From positions 1 through 44,740 of the IMG/VR virus record IMGVR_UViG_2617271072_000006: DNA of 44,740 bases; one strand, written 5' to 3'. This DNA is from a virus (taxonomy: Duplodnaviria > Heunggongvirae > Uroviricota > Caudoviricetes). How positions within the stretch are numbered: position 1 is the stretch's first letter; each line of letters opens with the position of its first letter. A program made the translations under genes and the position numbers. Below are positions 1 through 8,816 of the stretch, piece by piece. Below the pieces are notes generated by a model. The model was not told the origin of the DNA and ran no database searches. It saw only the letters and a list, made by a program, of their open reading frames with translations.

Positions 1-1284
1 TTACTTCTTCGCCTCTGCAACCACTTTACTACCCACGCCGCGGTTATTGTATTCCCACATGCGGTTGTAGTTAGTGTCATTCAGATTGCGCTGTATTTCG
101 TCGTTATCATCTACGCTGCCGGTATTACCCGCAAACGGACGATTAGAGATCACCGCATCGGCCCACGGTTTAGCCGTGTTAAAACCTTCGTTGATGGCGC
201 TATCACGGATCACCACCTGACCGTTGGTATTGGCATCAACATCCAGCGAGCGGCCCAGTTGCGCCACACCATCACCGAAAGCATTGAAACGGCTGTTTAC
301 GGCGAGGAAACCGTAGTAAATGTTGGACAGCGTAGCCGGTGCAAACACATACGCTTCTTGCTGAGTACGTGAGTTCACCACGCGGAATTCGGTGTTATCG
401 AACACCACTGCGCCGCGACCAGAAACGATATCCACATCCCCTTCAATGTAGCTGTTGGTCACCAGCGTACGCGGCTGACGGTTGGTTTCCAGACGGTTCT
501 GCACACCGCTGTTGGTGACAAAGAAGGTGTTCTGACGACCGAGAATGTTAACGTTGTTAATCTGTACCTGGTCACCATCAGTACGCAGTGCCACCGCCGG
601 ATGGTTACCTGCATCTACGCTATCGCCCAGCGTGTTTTCGATGGTCAGATTTTGCAGTTGCAGGCCATTGTTTTGTGACCAGAAGACCGCAGAGCAGAGA
701 ACACCGATACTGTCGCTGCGTTTGCTCTGGCAGCTATCGTACATATACCACGCTGGTTTACCTGGCATATATTTGCCGCGCGGGTTGACGTCGTGACGCC
801 AGTCGGCAGGGCTCATGCCACCATCAAGGGAAAGCCCAATCTTCACATCAATCGGTTTTTCACCTGTACCGTACAGAGTAATTCCACCCGGAGCGGCAGG
901 GACATATACCGTTCCCTGATACTCACCAGGCATCACGGCAATATACTGGCGCTTGTTGGTACGCTTGATAATTGCCGCATCTACCGCCGCCTGAATCGTG
1001 GTATGCGTTACACCTTGAGTGCCCGCCGGGCCGACAACAAAGTCAGGTTGCGCAGGCAGGGTAATCGGGGAAGGATTCCACGCTGCAGCACCTGGTGTCA
1101 GGGATGCAAAATAGTGTTGAGCATCGAAATTCTGCGCTTCTTTTGCCGACAGAATCGGGCGAGAAGAGGTACCAGGCGCGGTTTGATCAGAAGGACGTTG
1201 ATCGGGCGGGGTTGAGCTACAGGCGGTCAGCGTCACGCCAAAAGCCAATGCCAGCGCCAGACGGGAAACTGAAAATGTGTTCAC
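1..1284 (-). CDS. ybhC: YbhC-like pectinesterase-family outer-membrane lipoprotein (host gene flanking lambda attB)
   Basis: Complete 427-aa ORF (stop at window pos 1-3); N-terminal lipoprotein signal with LTAC lipobox; recognised as the E. coli gene immediately left of the lambda attachment site. Confidence 0.85.
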   Translation of the reverse strand: MNTFSVSRLALALAFGVTLTACSSTPPDQRPSDQTAPGTSSRPILSAKEAQNFDAQHYFASLTPGAAAWNPSPITLPAQPDFVVGPAGTQGVTHTTIQAAVDAAIIKRTNKRQYIAVMPGEYQGTVYVPAAPGGITLYGTGEKPIDVKIGLSLDGGMSPADWRHDVNPRGKYMPGKPAWYMYDSCQSKRSDSIGVLCSAVFWSQNNGLQLQNLTIENTLGDSVDAGNHPAVALRTDGDQVQINNVNILGRQNTFFVTNSGVQNRLETNRQPRTLVTNSYIEGDVDIVSGRGAVVFDNTEFRVVNSRTQQEAYVFAPATLSNIYYGFLAVNSRFNAFGDGVAQLGRSLDVDANTNGQVVIRDSAINEGFNTAKPWADAVISNRPFAGNTGSVDDNDEIQRNLNDTNYNRMWEYNNRGVGSKVVAEAKK

Positions 1285-1330
1285 AGGTTGCTCCGGGCTA
1301 TGAAATAGAAAAATGAATCCGTTGAAGCCT

Positions 1331-1345
1331 GCTTTTTTATACTAA
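1331..1345 (+). other. lambda-type attL: 15-bp common core GCTTTTTTATACTAA joining host arm to phage P' arm
   Basis: Exact core sequence; right flank (to ~1420) matches the lambda P' arm as recalled and runs straight into int. Confidence 0.9.
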
Positions 1346-1418
1346 GTTGGCATTATAAAAAAGCATTGCTTATCAATTTGTTGCAACGAACAGGTCACTA
1401 TCAGTCAAAATAAAATCA

Positions 1419-2489
1419 TTATTTGATTTCAATTTTGTCCCACTCCCTGCCTCTGTCATCACGATACTGTGATGCCATGGTGTCCGACTTATGCCCGAGA
1501 AGATGTTGAGCAAACTTATCGCTTATCTGCTTCTCATAGAGTCTTGCAGACAAACTGCGCAACTCGTGAAAGGTAGGCGGATCCCCTTCGAAGGAAAGAC
1601 CTGATGCTTTTCGTGCGCGCATAAAATACCTTGATACTGTGCCGGATGAAAGCGGTTCGCGACGAGTAGATGCAATTATGGTTTCTCCGCCAAGAATCTC
1701 TTTGCATTTATCAAGTGTTTCCTTCATTGATATTCCGAGAGCATCAACATGCAATACTGTTGGGATGGCAATTTTTACGCCTGTTTTGCTTTGCTCGACA
1801 TAAAGATATCCATCTACGATATCAGACCACTTCATTTCGCATAAATCACCAACTCGTTGCCCGGTAACAACAGCCAGTTCCATTGCAAGTCTGAGCCAAC
1901 ATGGTGATGATTCTGCTGCTTGATAAATTTTCAGGTATTCGTCAGCCGTAAGTCTTGATCTCCTTACCTCTGATTTTGCTGCGCGAGTGGCAGCGACAGG
2001 GTTTGTTGTTATATGGCCTTCAGCTATTGCCTCTCGGAATGCATCGCTCAGTGTTGATCTGATTAACTTGGCTGACGCCGCCTTGCCCTCGTCTATGTAT
2101 CCATTGAGCATTGCCGCAATTTCTTTTGTGGTGATGTCTTCAAGTGGAGCATCAGGCAGACCCCTCCTTATTGCTTTAATTTTGCTCATGTAATTTATGA
2201 GTGTCTTCTGCTTGATTCCTCTGCTGGCCAGGATTTTTTCGTAGCGATCAAGCCATGAATGTAACGTAACGGAATTATCACTGTTGATTCTCGCTGTCAG
2301 AGGCTTGTGTTTGTGTCCTGAAAATAACTCAATGTTGGCCTGTATAGCTTCAGTGATTGCGATTCGCCTGTCTCTGCCTAATCCAAACTCTTTACCCGTC
2401 CTTGGGTCCCTGTAGCAGTAATATCCATTGTTTCTTATATAAAGGTTAGGGGGTAAATCCCGGCGCTCATGACTTCGCCTTCTTCCCAT
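1419..2489 (-). CDS. int: Integrase, tyrosine recombinase (lambda Int)
   Basis: 356-aa ORF whose translation matches lambda Int as recalled (MGRRRSHERRDLPPNLYIRNNGYY...); adjacent to attL. Confidence 0.97.
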   Translation of the reverse strand: MGRRRSHERRDLPPNLYIRNNGYYCYRDPRTGKEFGLGRDRRIAITEAIQANIELFSGHKHKPLTARINSDNSVTLHSWLDRYEKILASRGIKQKTLINYMSKIKAIRRGLPDAPLEDITTKEIAAMLNGYIDEGKAASAKLIRSTLSDAFREAIAEGHITTNPVAATRAAKSEVRRSRLTADEYLKIYQAAESSPCWLRLAMELAVVTGQRVGDLCEMKWSDIVDGYLYVEQSKTGVKIAIPTVLHVDALGISMKETLDKCKEILGGETIIASTRREPLSSGTVSRYFMRARKASGLSFEGDPPTFHELRSLSARLYEKQISDKFAQHLLGHKSDTMASQYRDDRGREWDKIEIK

Positions 2490-2685
2490 TTCTGATCCTC
2501 TTCAAAAGGCTACCTGTTACTGGTCGATTTAAGTCAACCTTTACCGCTGATTCGTGGAACAGATACTCTCTTCCATCCTTAACCGGAGGAGGGAATATCC
2601 TGCACTCGCGTACCCATCGACGAACTGTTTCAAGGCTTCTTGGGCGTCGCTGGCGTGCGTTCCACTCCTGAAGTGTCAAGTACAT
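2467..2685 (-). CDS. xis: Excisionase (lambda Xis)
   Basis: 72-aa ORF MYLTLQEWNARQRRPRSLETVRRWVRE..., overlapping int start as in lambda. Confidence 0.95.
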   Translation of the reverse strand: MYLTLQEWNARQRRPRSLETVRRWVRECRIFPPPVKDGREYLFHESAVKVDLNRPVTGSLLKRIRNGKKAKS

Positions 2686-2712
2686 CGCAAAGTCTCCGCA
2701 ATTACACGCAAG

Positions 2713-2732
2713 AAAAAACCGCCATCAGGCGG
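2713..2732 (-). terminator. Rho-independent terminator candidate at 3' end of the small ORF
   Basis: Minus strand reads GCCGCC-TGAT-GGCGG followed by TTTTTT; hairpin overlaps the stop codon. Confidence 0.45.
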
Positions 2733-2892
2733 CTTGGTGTTCTTTCAGTTCTTCAATTCGAATATTGGTTACGTCTGCATGTGCTATCTGCGCCCATATC
2801 ATCCAGTGGTTATAACAGTCGTTGATGTTCTCTGCTTCGATAACCCTGTTGAATGGCTCTCCATTCCATTCACCTGTGACTCGGAAGTGCAT
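2725..2892 (-). CDS. Small hypothetical protein (55 aa) downstream of xis, lambda orf55-like
   Basis: ATG at 2892, TGA at 2725-2727; translation MHFRVTGEWNGEPFNRVIEAENINDCYNHWMIWAQIAHADVTNIRIEELKEHQAA; below the 60-aa cutoff of the ORF track. Confidence 0.55.
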   Translation of the reverse strand: MHFRVTGEWNGEPFNRVIEAENINDCYNHWMIWAQIAHADVTNIRIEELKEHQAA

Positions 2893-2975
2893 TTATCATC
2901 TCCATAAAACAAAACTCGCCGTAGCGAGTTCAGATATAATTTCCACCAAAGGCAGTAGTTGCTTGATGCTAAGAA

Positions 2976-3404
2976 TTATTCAATATCTATTCCTGTAATA
3001 TCTTTTATCTTTTTCCTTGCAAAGCCTTTTGCTAGTGATTTTGAAACACTCATAAGTGTACTAATTCCCTCATCCTTAAAGTTTGTTTTTATAGCTTGCC
3101 AGACATCCTTTTGACGTAAGTCAGCAATAAAATCATGCCCTCTTGCTGTCAACCTCAGTGGTACTTCGATCCAACTATATCCAACACCTTCCCCTAACGC
3201 TTTGGACAATATATGACCGAACCCAGGTTTTCCATCAACCCTGACTATTAATTCGTAGTCACATAATAATCGCATATGGAAAATAAAATCTTGGTCATAT
3301 CTATTAAAGCCATTATCCTCTAGTTCACTAAGCATCGTGTCAGGGCCACGAGTTTTTTCGAATGCGATAAGTAGATCTTTTAGATATTGCTGGTCTAATT
3401 TCAT
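2976..3404 (-). CDS. Hypothetical protein, possibly DUF2513-like winged-helix protein
   Basis: 142-aa ORF with GGAGG Shine-Dalgarno 5 nt upstream of ATG 3404; family assignment is a weak recollection only. Confidence 0.5.
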   Translation of the reverse strand: MKLDQQYLKDLLIAFEKTRGPDTMLSELEDNGFNRYDQDFIFHMRLLCDYELIVRVDGKPGFGHILSKALGEGVGYSWIEVPLRLTARGHDFIADLRQKDVWQAIKTNFKDEGISTLMSVSKSLAKGFARKKIKDITGIDIE

Positions 3405-3432
3405 TGCCGCCTCCGTGACATGTCACAGAGAT

Positions 3433-3771
3433 TTATATCATTAATTTTGTTTCGTGCCAGCCTTTGGTCACCCAGCATTGTGAGTCACCATTACACGGGC
3501 ATGAATTAACAGGAACTCTCTCGCCGCACTTACCGCACCGTTTTCTGCTGATCGATTTTATACGCCAGCGCACACGTGCATCATCCTGGCGGCTCAGTAA
3601 CGCGATGTACTCACCAAACTCGCAAGGCGCACGCCTGAAGCGACGCGTGGCACAGTTACGCTCCAGCATTTCAATTTCCTGAGCATCAAGTACAAGCTCC
3701 AGCTTACGCATACCGGATGATGCTTGCTTGGCTCTCTGATCGGCTTTGTGCTCTGTTGCTGATTTAGCCAT
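3433..3771 (-). CDS. Hypothetical protein with C-terminal Cys-rich zinc-finger-like motif
   Basis: 112-aa ORF; CGKCGERVPVNSCPCNGDSQC cluster; AGGAAAAG upstream of ATG 3771; occupies the lambda ea8.5 position. Confidence 0.5.
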   Translation of the reverse strand: MAKSATEHKADQRAKQASSGMRKLELVLDAQEIEMLERNCATRRFRRAPCEFGEYIALLSRQDDARVRWRIKSISRKRCGKCGERVPVNSCPCNGDSQCWVTKGWHETKLMI

Positions 3772-3964
3772 TCTGCTTTTCCTGCATCAGGAGAAAGACA
3801 ATCATGGCGGCGCGGATACTTCCGGTATCTTTTTACGCGATATTCCCCTTCAATGGCACATACAAGAAGAGAGCCATCAACAGGAGTGATTGAGGAATCG
3901 ACAACCAGCAACGCTTAATTATCTATAGTGTCGTATTTGCTTCATAAAATATGGCGAATAACAC

Positions 3965-3996
3965 AAAGCCCGCAGCAGCTCATTGTGCGGGCTTTT
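3965..3996 (+). terminator. Stem-loop with T-rich tail (terminator candidate) in intergenic region
   Basis: AGCCCGCA ... TGCGGGCT stem, 11-nt loop, followed by TTTTCTTAT on the plus strand. Confidence 0.35.
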
Positions 3997-4064
3997 CTTA
4001 TACCTACTTCCTAGAGATAATTCTATGGAGGCATTAAATCAATACTGTCATTGGTAATATCATA

Positions 4065-4678
4065 TTATCTAAAAGTCTTTCCACTTTTAACATCTAGGTA
4101 TATTCTGTTCGACAACGTCATTCCTCCGCAATATGTGAAATAGATGTTTTCACCCTTATTGCTTGATGCCATCCACCCTCCGATTTCCTTAAAATCGCTT
4201 TCCGTGCAGACCCCTTCATTTATTAACTTCCTAGCTGCCGAAGAAAACTCTTTTTTGTATATACGGTAGTCATCAGATCCTTTGATTAAAGTATCATCTC
4301 CGCTCGCATTTTCAGCAGGATCTGATGGCCTTTCACTGCTAAGATCACTAAGTTTAACCCATTCTGAAAACTTGCCATTAACGATTCCATTTTTTCTTGT
4401 GCAGGATTTATTACCTTCTTTAATATATTCGCTTTCCCCTCCAACACATGAGGCTGAATATGGCTCAGTTATACGAACCCATTCACCTTTTTTTCTAGAA
4501 AATCTACGCCTTCCCTGAAAAATAGTTTCCCAGCCACTCCACATTTACTTGAAGGGCAGGTATGTCTTTCCGTTCGATCAACAACAACCCATAGTTTTGA
4601 TTCATTTTTTGCCATTGCCGATGGTATTTGAGATGAGACAATTAACGTAAGCCCTAAAATTAGTATTGATTTTTTCAT
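4065..4678 (-). CDS. Secreted protein with Sec signal peptide and possible SH3b-like region; frameshifted as assembled
   Basis: ORFs 4469-4678 (signal peptide MKKSILILGLTLIVSSQIPSAMA) and 4065-4544 join into one ~205-aa protein if the T7 run at 4488-4494 were T8. Confidence 0.5.
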
Positions 4679-4976
4679 TGTAATTTCCTTTTACTTTTTA
4701 CAAAGCGTTTAATCATGGCTGATTATCTCTAAGTGTAGTAACAGCCTTGTGCGAAACATGTTACCAAATCGCCATTTCAGTGTATCCGCAGTTAGGCTGC
4801 CACTTCAAGGATTCCTAATTACATGGTACGTAAGCGTAAAATCCCGTTGGTTGGCGGGTAATAACTCTGATCAAATCTCCCTTGTCTTTTGCTCTTACGT
4901 ATGCAGCTCTTGTGTATTCAACCCAGGCCTCCAGTTCAGCAATACGCTTACTTCCATCCGAGATAACACCTTCTAC

Positions 4977-5201
4977 TCACGCTGCTCGTTGAGTTTTGAT
5001 TTTTGCTGTCTCCAGCTCAACACGCAGTTTCCCCACCGTTAGCGCAATATCCTCGTTCTCCTGGTCGCGGCGTTTGATGTATTGCTGGTTTCTTTCCCGT
5101 TCATCCAGCAGTGTCAGCACAATCGATGGTGTTACCAGCTCATGGAAAAAGGTCCGCGTCAAATCCCCAGTTGTCAGGCATTGCCTGCTCTGCCGCTTCA
5201 C
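4977..5201 (-). CDS. Hypothetical coiled-coil-like ORF; doubtful as a stand-alone gene
   Basis: 74-aa ORF with GTG start and no clear RBS; same frame continues with protein-like sequence for 53 codons after an in-frame TGA at 4977-4979. Confidence 0.3.
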   Translation of the reverse strand: MKRQSRQCLTTGDLTRTFFHELVTPSIVLTLLDERERNQQYIKRRDQENEDIALTVGKLRVELETAKIKTQRAA

Positions 5202-5225
5202 GCAGTGCCTGAGAGTGAATTACGC

Positions 5226-5447
5226 TCACTTCGAACCTCTCTGTTTACTGATAAGCTCCAGATCTTCCTGGCAACTTGCACAAGTCCGACAACCCTGAAC
5301 GGCCAGGCGTCTTAGCTCATCTATGGGATCGCCACACTCACAACAATGAGTGGCAGATACAGCCTGGTGGTTCAGGCGGCGCATTTTTATTGCTGTGTTG
5401 CGCTGTAATTCTTCAATTTCTGATGCTGAATCAATGATGTCTGCCAT
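5226..5447 (-). CDS. TraR/DksA-family C4 zinc-finger protein (lambda orf73-like)
   Basis: 73-aa ORF with CCECGDPI...CRTCASCQ four-Cys motif typical of TraR/DksA C-terminal zinc fingers. Confidence 0.7.
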   Translation of the reverse strand: MADIIDSASEIEELQRNTAIKMRRLNHQAVSATHCCECGDPIDELRRLAVQGCRTCASCQEDLELISKQRGSK

Positions 5448-5838
5448 CTTCCATTAATCCCTGAATTGTTGGTTAATACGCTTGGGGGTAAATGCGAGCA
5501 ATAAAAAAGGAGCCTGTAGCTCCCTGATAATTTTGCTTTTCATGTTCATCGTTCCTTAAAGACGCCGTTTAACATGCCGATTGCCAGGCTTAAATGAGTC
5601 GGTGTGAATCCCATCAGCGTTACCGTTTCGCGGTGCTTCTTCAGTACGCTACGGCAAATGTCATCGACGTTTTTATCCGGAAACTGCTGTCTGGCTTTTT
5701 TGATTTCAGAATTAGCCTGACGGGCAATGCTGCGAAGGGCGTTTTTCTTGCTGAGGTGTCATTGAACAAGCCCCATGTCGGCAAGCATAAGCACACAGAA
5801 TATGAAGCCCGCTGCCAGAAAAATGCATTCAGTGGTTG

Positions 5839-6030
5839 TCATACCTGGTCTCTCTCATCTGCTTCTGCTTTCGCCACCATCATTTCCAGCTTTTGTGAAA
5901 GGGATGCGGCTAACGTATGAAATTCTTCGTCTGTTTCTACTGGTATTGGCACAAACCTGACTCCAATTTGAGCGAGGCTATGTGCCATCTCGATACACGT
6001 TCTTAACTCAACAGGAGATGCTTTGTGCAT
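5839..6030 (-). CDS. Hypothetical protein, lambda orf63-like
   Basis: 63-aa [26 protein letters not shown]... in the position and overlap pattern of lambda orf63 upstream of exo. Confidence 0.75.
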   Translation of the reverse strand: MHKASPVELRTCIEMAHSLAQIGVRFVPIPVETDEEFHTLAASLSQKLEMMVAKAEADERDQV

Positions 6031-6191
6031 ACAGCCCCCCGTTTATTATTTATCTCCTCAGCCAGCCGCTGTGCTTTCAGGGGATTTCTGATAACAGAAA
6101 GGCCGGGAAATACCCAGCCTCGCTTTGTAACGGAGTAGACGAAAGTGATCGCACCTACCCGGATATTATCGTGAGGATGCTTCATCGCCAT
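6003..6191 (-). CDS. Hypothetical protein, lambda orf60a-like
   Basis: 62-aa [29 protein letters not shown]..., overlapping exo start as in lambda. Confidence 0.75.
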   Translation of the reverse strand: MAMKHPHDNIRVGAITFVYSVTKRGWVFPGLSVIRNPLKAQRLAEEINNKRGAVCTKHLLLS

Positions 6192-6862
6192 TGCTCCCCA
6201 AATACAAAACCAATTTCAGCCAGTGCCTCGTCCATTTTTTCGATGAACTCCGGCACCATCTCGTCAAAACTCGCCATGTACTTTTCATCCCGCTCAACCA
6301 CGACATAATGCAGGCCTTCACGCTTCATACGCGGGTCATAGTTGGCAAAGTACCAGGCATCTTTTCGCGTCACCCACATGCTGTACTGCACCTGGGCCAT
6401 GTAAGCCGACTTTATGGCCTCGAAACCACCGAGCCGGAACTTCATGAAATCCCGGGAGGTAAACGGGCATTTCAGCTCAAGGCCATTGCCGTCACTGCAT
6501 AAACCATCGGGAGAGCAGGCGGTGCGCATACTTTCGTCGCGATAGATGATCGGGGATTCAGTAACATTCACGCCGGAAGTGAATTCAAACAGAGTTCTGG
6601 CGTCGTTCTCGTACTGTTTTCCCCATGCCAGCGCCTTAGCATTAACTTCCGGAGCCACACCGGTGCAAACCTCAGCCAGCAGGGTGTGGAAGTAGGACAT
6701 TTTCATGTCAGGCCACTTTTTTCCGGAGCGGGGTTTTGCTATCACATTGTGAACTTCTGAAGCGGTGATGACGCCGAGCCGTAATTTGTGCCACGCATCA
6801 TCCCCCTGTTCGACAGCTCTCACGTCGATTCCGGTACGCTGCAGGATAATGTCCGGTGTCAT
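6182..6862 (-). CDS. exo: Exonuclease (Red alpha)
   Basis: 226-aa ORF matching lambda Exo as recalled ([37 protein letters not shown]...). Confidence 0.97.
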   Translation of the reverse strand: MTPDIILQRTGIDVRAVEQGDDAWHKLRLGVITASEVHNVIAKPRSGKKWPDMKMSYFHTLLAEVCTGVAPEVNAKALAWGKQYENDARTLFEFTSGVNVTESPIIYRDESMRTACSPDGLCSDGNGLELKCPFTSRDFMKFRLGGFEAIKSAYMAQVQYSMWVTRKDAWYFANYDPRMKREGLHYVVVERDEKYMASFDEMVPEFIEKMDEALAEIGFVFGEQWR

Positions 6863-7644
6863 GCAGCCACCTTCTGCTCAGTGGCTTTCTGTTTCAGGAA
6901 TCCAAGAGCTTTCACTGCTTCGGCCTGTGTCAGTTCTGACGATGCGCGAATGTCGCGGCGAAATATCTGGGAACAGAGCGGCAATAAGTCGTCATCCCAT
7001 GTTTTATCCAGGGCAATCAGCAGAGTGTTAATCTCCTGCATGGTTTCATCGTTAACCGGAGTGATGTCGCGTTCCGGCTGACGTTCTGCAGTGTATGCGG
7101 TATTTTCGACAATGCGCTCGGCTTCATCCTTGTCATAGATACCAGCAAATCCGAAGGCGAGACGGGCACACTGAATCATGGCTTTATGCCGTAACATCCG
7201 TTTGGGATGCGACTGCCACGGCCCCGTGATTTCTCTGCCTTCGCGGGTTTTGAATGGTTCGCGTCGGCATTCATCCATCCACTCGGTAACGCAGATCGGA
7301 TGATTACGGTCCTTGCGGTAAATCCGGCATGTACAGGATTCATTGTCCTGCTCAAAGTCCATGCCATCAAACTGCTGGTTTTCATTGATGATGCGGGACC
7401 AGCCATCAACGCCCACCACCGGAACGATGCCGTTCTGCTTATCAGGGAAGGCGTAAATTTCTTTCGTCCACGGATTAAGGCCGTATTGGTTGGCGACGAT
7501 CAGCAATGCGATGAACTGCGCATCGCTGGCATCGCCTTTAAATGCTGTCTGGCGAAGAGTGGTGATCAGTTCCTGTGGGTCGACAGAATCCATGCCGACA
7601 CGTTCAGCCAGCTTCCCAGCCAGCGTTGCGAGTGCTGTACTCAT
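6859..7644 (-). CDS. bet: Single-strand annealing protein Bet (Red beta)
   Basis: 261-aa ORF matching lambda Bet as recalled ([37 protein letters not shown]...). Confidence 0.97.
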   Translation of the reverse strand: MSTALATLAGKLAERVGMDSVDPQELITTLRQTAFKGDASDAQFIALLIVANQYGLNPWTKEIYAFPDKQNGIVPVVGVDGWSRIINENQQFDGMDFEQDNESCTCRIYRKDRNHPICVTEWMDECRREPFKTREGREITGPWQSHPKRMLRHKAMIQCARLAFGFAGIYDKDEAERIVENTAYTAERQPERDITPVNDETMQEINTLLIALDKTWDDDLLPLCSQIFRRDIRASSELTQAEAVKALGFLKQKATEQKVAA

Positions 7645-7649
7645 CCGTT

Positions 7650-7946
7650 TTATACCTCTGAATCAATATCAACCTGGTGGTGAGCAATGGTTTCAACCAT
7701 GTACCGGATGTGTTCTGCCATGCGCTCCTGAAACTCAACATCGTCATCAAACGCACGGGTAATGGCTTTTTTGCTGGCCCCGTGACGTTGCAAATGATCG
7801 ATGCAGAGTGATTCAAACAGGTGCTGGGGCAGACCTTTTTCCATGTCGTCTGCCAGTTCTGCCTCTTTCTCTTCACGGGCGATCTGCTGGTAGTGACGCG
7901 CCCAGCTCTGAGCCTCAAGACGATCCTGAATGTAATAAGCGTTCAT
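7650..7946 (-). CDS. gam: Gam, RecBCD inhibitor (98-aa GamS form)
   Basis: 98-aa [63 protein letters not shown]... Confidence 0.95.
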   Translation of the reverse strand: MNAYYIQDRLEAQSWARHYQQIAREEKEAELADDMEKGLPQHLFESLCIDHLQRHGASKKAITRAFDDDVEFQERMAEHIRYMVETIAHHQVDIDSEV

Positions 7947-8021
7947 GGCTGAACTCCTGAAAATGGCTGTGAAAATATCGCCCGCGAAATGCCAGGCTGA
8001 TTAGGAAAACAGGAAAGGGGA

Positions 8022-8432
8022 TTAGTGATTCAGGCCGTTACCGCGTCCGTCGAGAAAAACTTCCACGAGCAAATCACGGGTATAAGTGCGCTCGATGCCG
8101 CGATGCAGATATAGCCGTCCGCGTAAATTAGCTGATGCAGTCCAGGTACCATCTTTGTGTTTGACCAGCATTCCTGGCATGACCGCACCTCGATTAACGG
8201 TCTGCGTTCCGTAATGTTGATGAACCATAAAAACTCCTGCCCGTAAGCTGGGCTGCTGAACATATAGAGACTTCTGCGCGTATTCAGGCGGTGGATGGCC
8301 GCCGGTTGTCATAACTAAGTCGCCTCGTTGAAGCGACTGAGGTATGAAGTGTTGAGTTGATTTCAGCTGGTCACACCGACGTTCACGCGTCCGCTTCACC
8401 CCTCGCACTCCCCGGAGCCTGCTGAAATTCAA
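8022..8432 (-). CDS. Hypothetical early-left protein in the kil/cIII position
   Basis: 136-aa ORF (possible internal start giving ~96 aa); no motif recognised; lambda-like sequence resumes at its 3' end. Confidence 0.4.
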   Translation of the reverse strand: MNFSRLRGVRGVKRTRERRCDQLKSTQHFIPQSLQRGDLVMTTGGHPPPEYAQKSLYVQQPSLRAGVFMVHQHYGTQTVNRGAVMPGMLVKHKDGTWTASANLRGRLYLHRGIERTYTRDLLVEVFLDGRGNGLNH

Positions 8433-8496
8433 GCTGCGGATCTAAGCGGTCATCGCAACGGTGAAGTTATAAATTTTTGTGATACCAACATCGATG

Positions 8497-8545
8497 CAAT
8501 AGCATGACAATAGCAATAGCTATTGGTGTAGTCAATAGCAATTAG
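8497..8545. promoter_or_regulatory. Cluster of CAATAGC / GCTATTG repeats including 12-bp palindrome CAATAGCTATTG: candidate left operator (OL) and pL region
   Basis: At least four copies of CAATAGC within 50 bp upstream of the early-left operon; the same TGCTATTG motif recurs between the repressor and cro-like genes. Confidence 0.4.
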
Positions 8546-8785
8546 TATTGATAATGTTTGATATACTTGTTCTGATTGATAATTAAATGAATTTTTATAA
8601 AAAAGAGTATGAAGACTTATTGGTGTGGCTGAAATTTGTACAGCTTTAATGTGCCTCGTGACAGAGGGGCATCGGGTTGTGGTGAGCTCGGTAGGTTGGC
8701 AGCAAATTTAATCGAATATTGGTAGTCTGAGTTCTTATGTGTATTTTTTTAGTCAGTTGCTAAATGATACATAAATGACTTATTA

Positions 8786-8810
8786 GCCCCGCCATCGCTT
8801 TGTACGGGGC
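8786..8810. terminator. Stem-loop immediately downstream of the SIR2-like gene stop
   Basis: GCCCCGCC ... ACGGGGC hairpin; T-rich tail only on the plus strand, so strand of action is uncertain. Confidence 0.35.
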
Positions 8811-8816
8811 GTTTAT

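Noticed and set aside
545-1316. Plus-strand ORFs 545-796, 588-788, 793-1215 and 1095-1316
   Set aside because: All lie antisense within ybhC, have no RBS and a composition typical of the reverse frame of a GC-rich gene.
4977-5761. Selenocysteine recoding at the two in-frame TGA codons
   Set aside because: No SECIS-like hairpin follows either TGA and nothing suggests a selenoprotein; nonsense mutation, substitution error or a genuine gene end are more likely.
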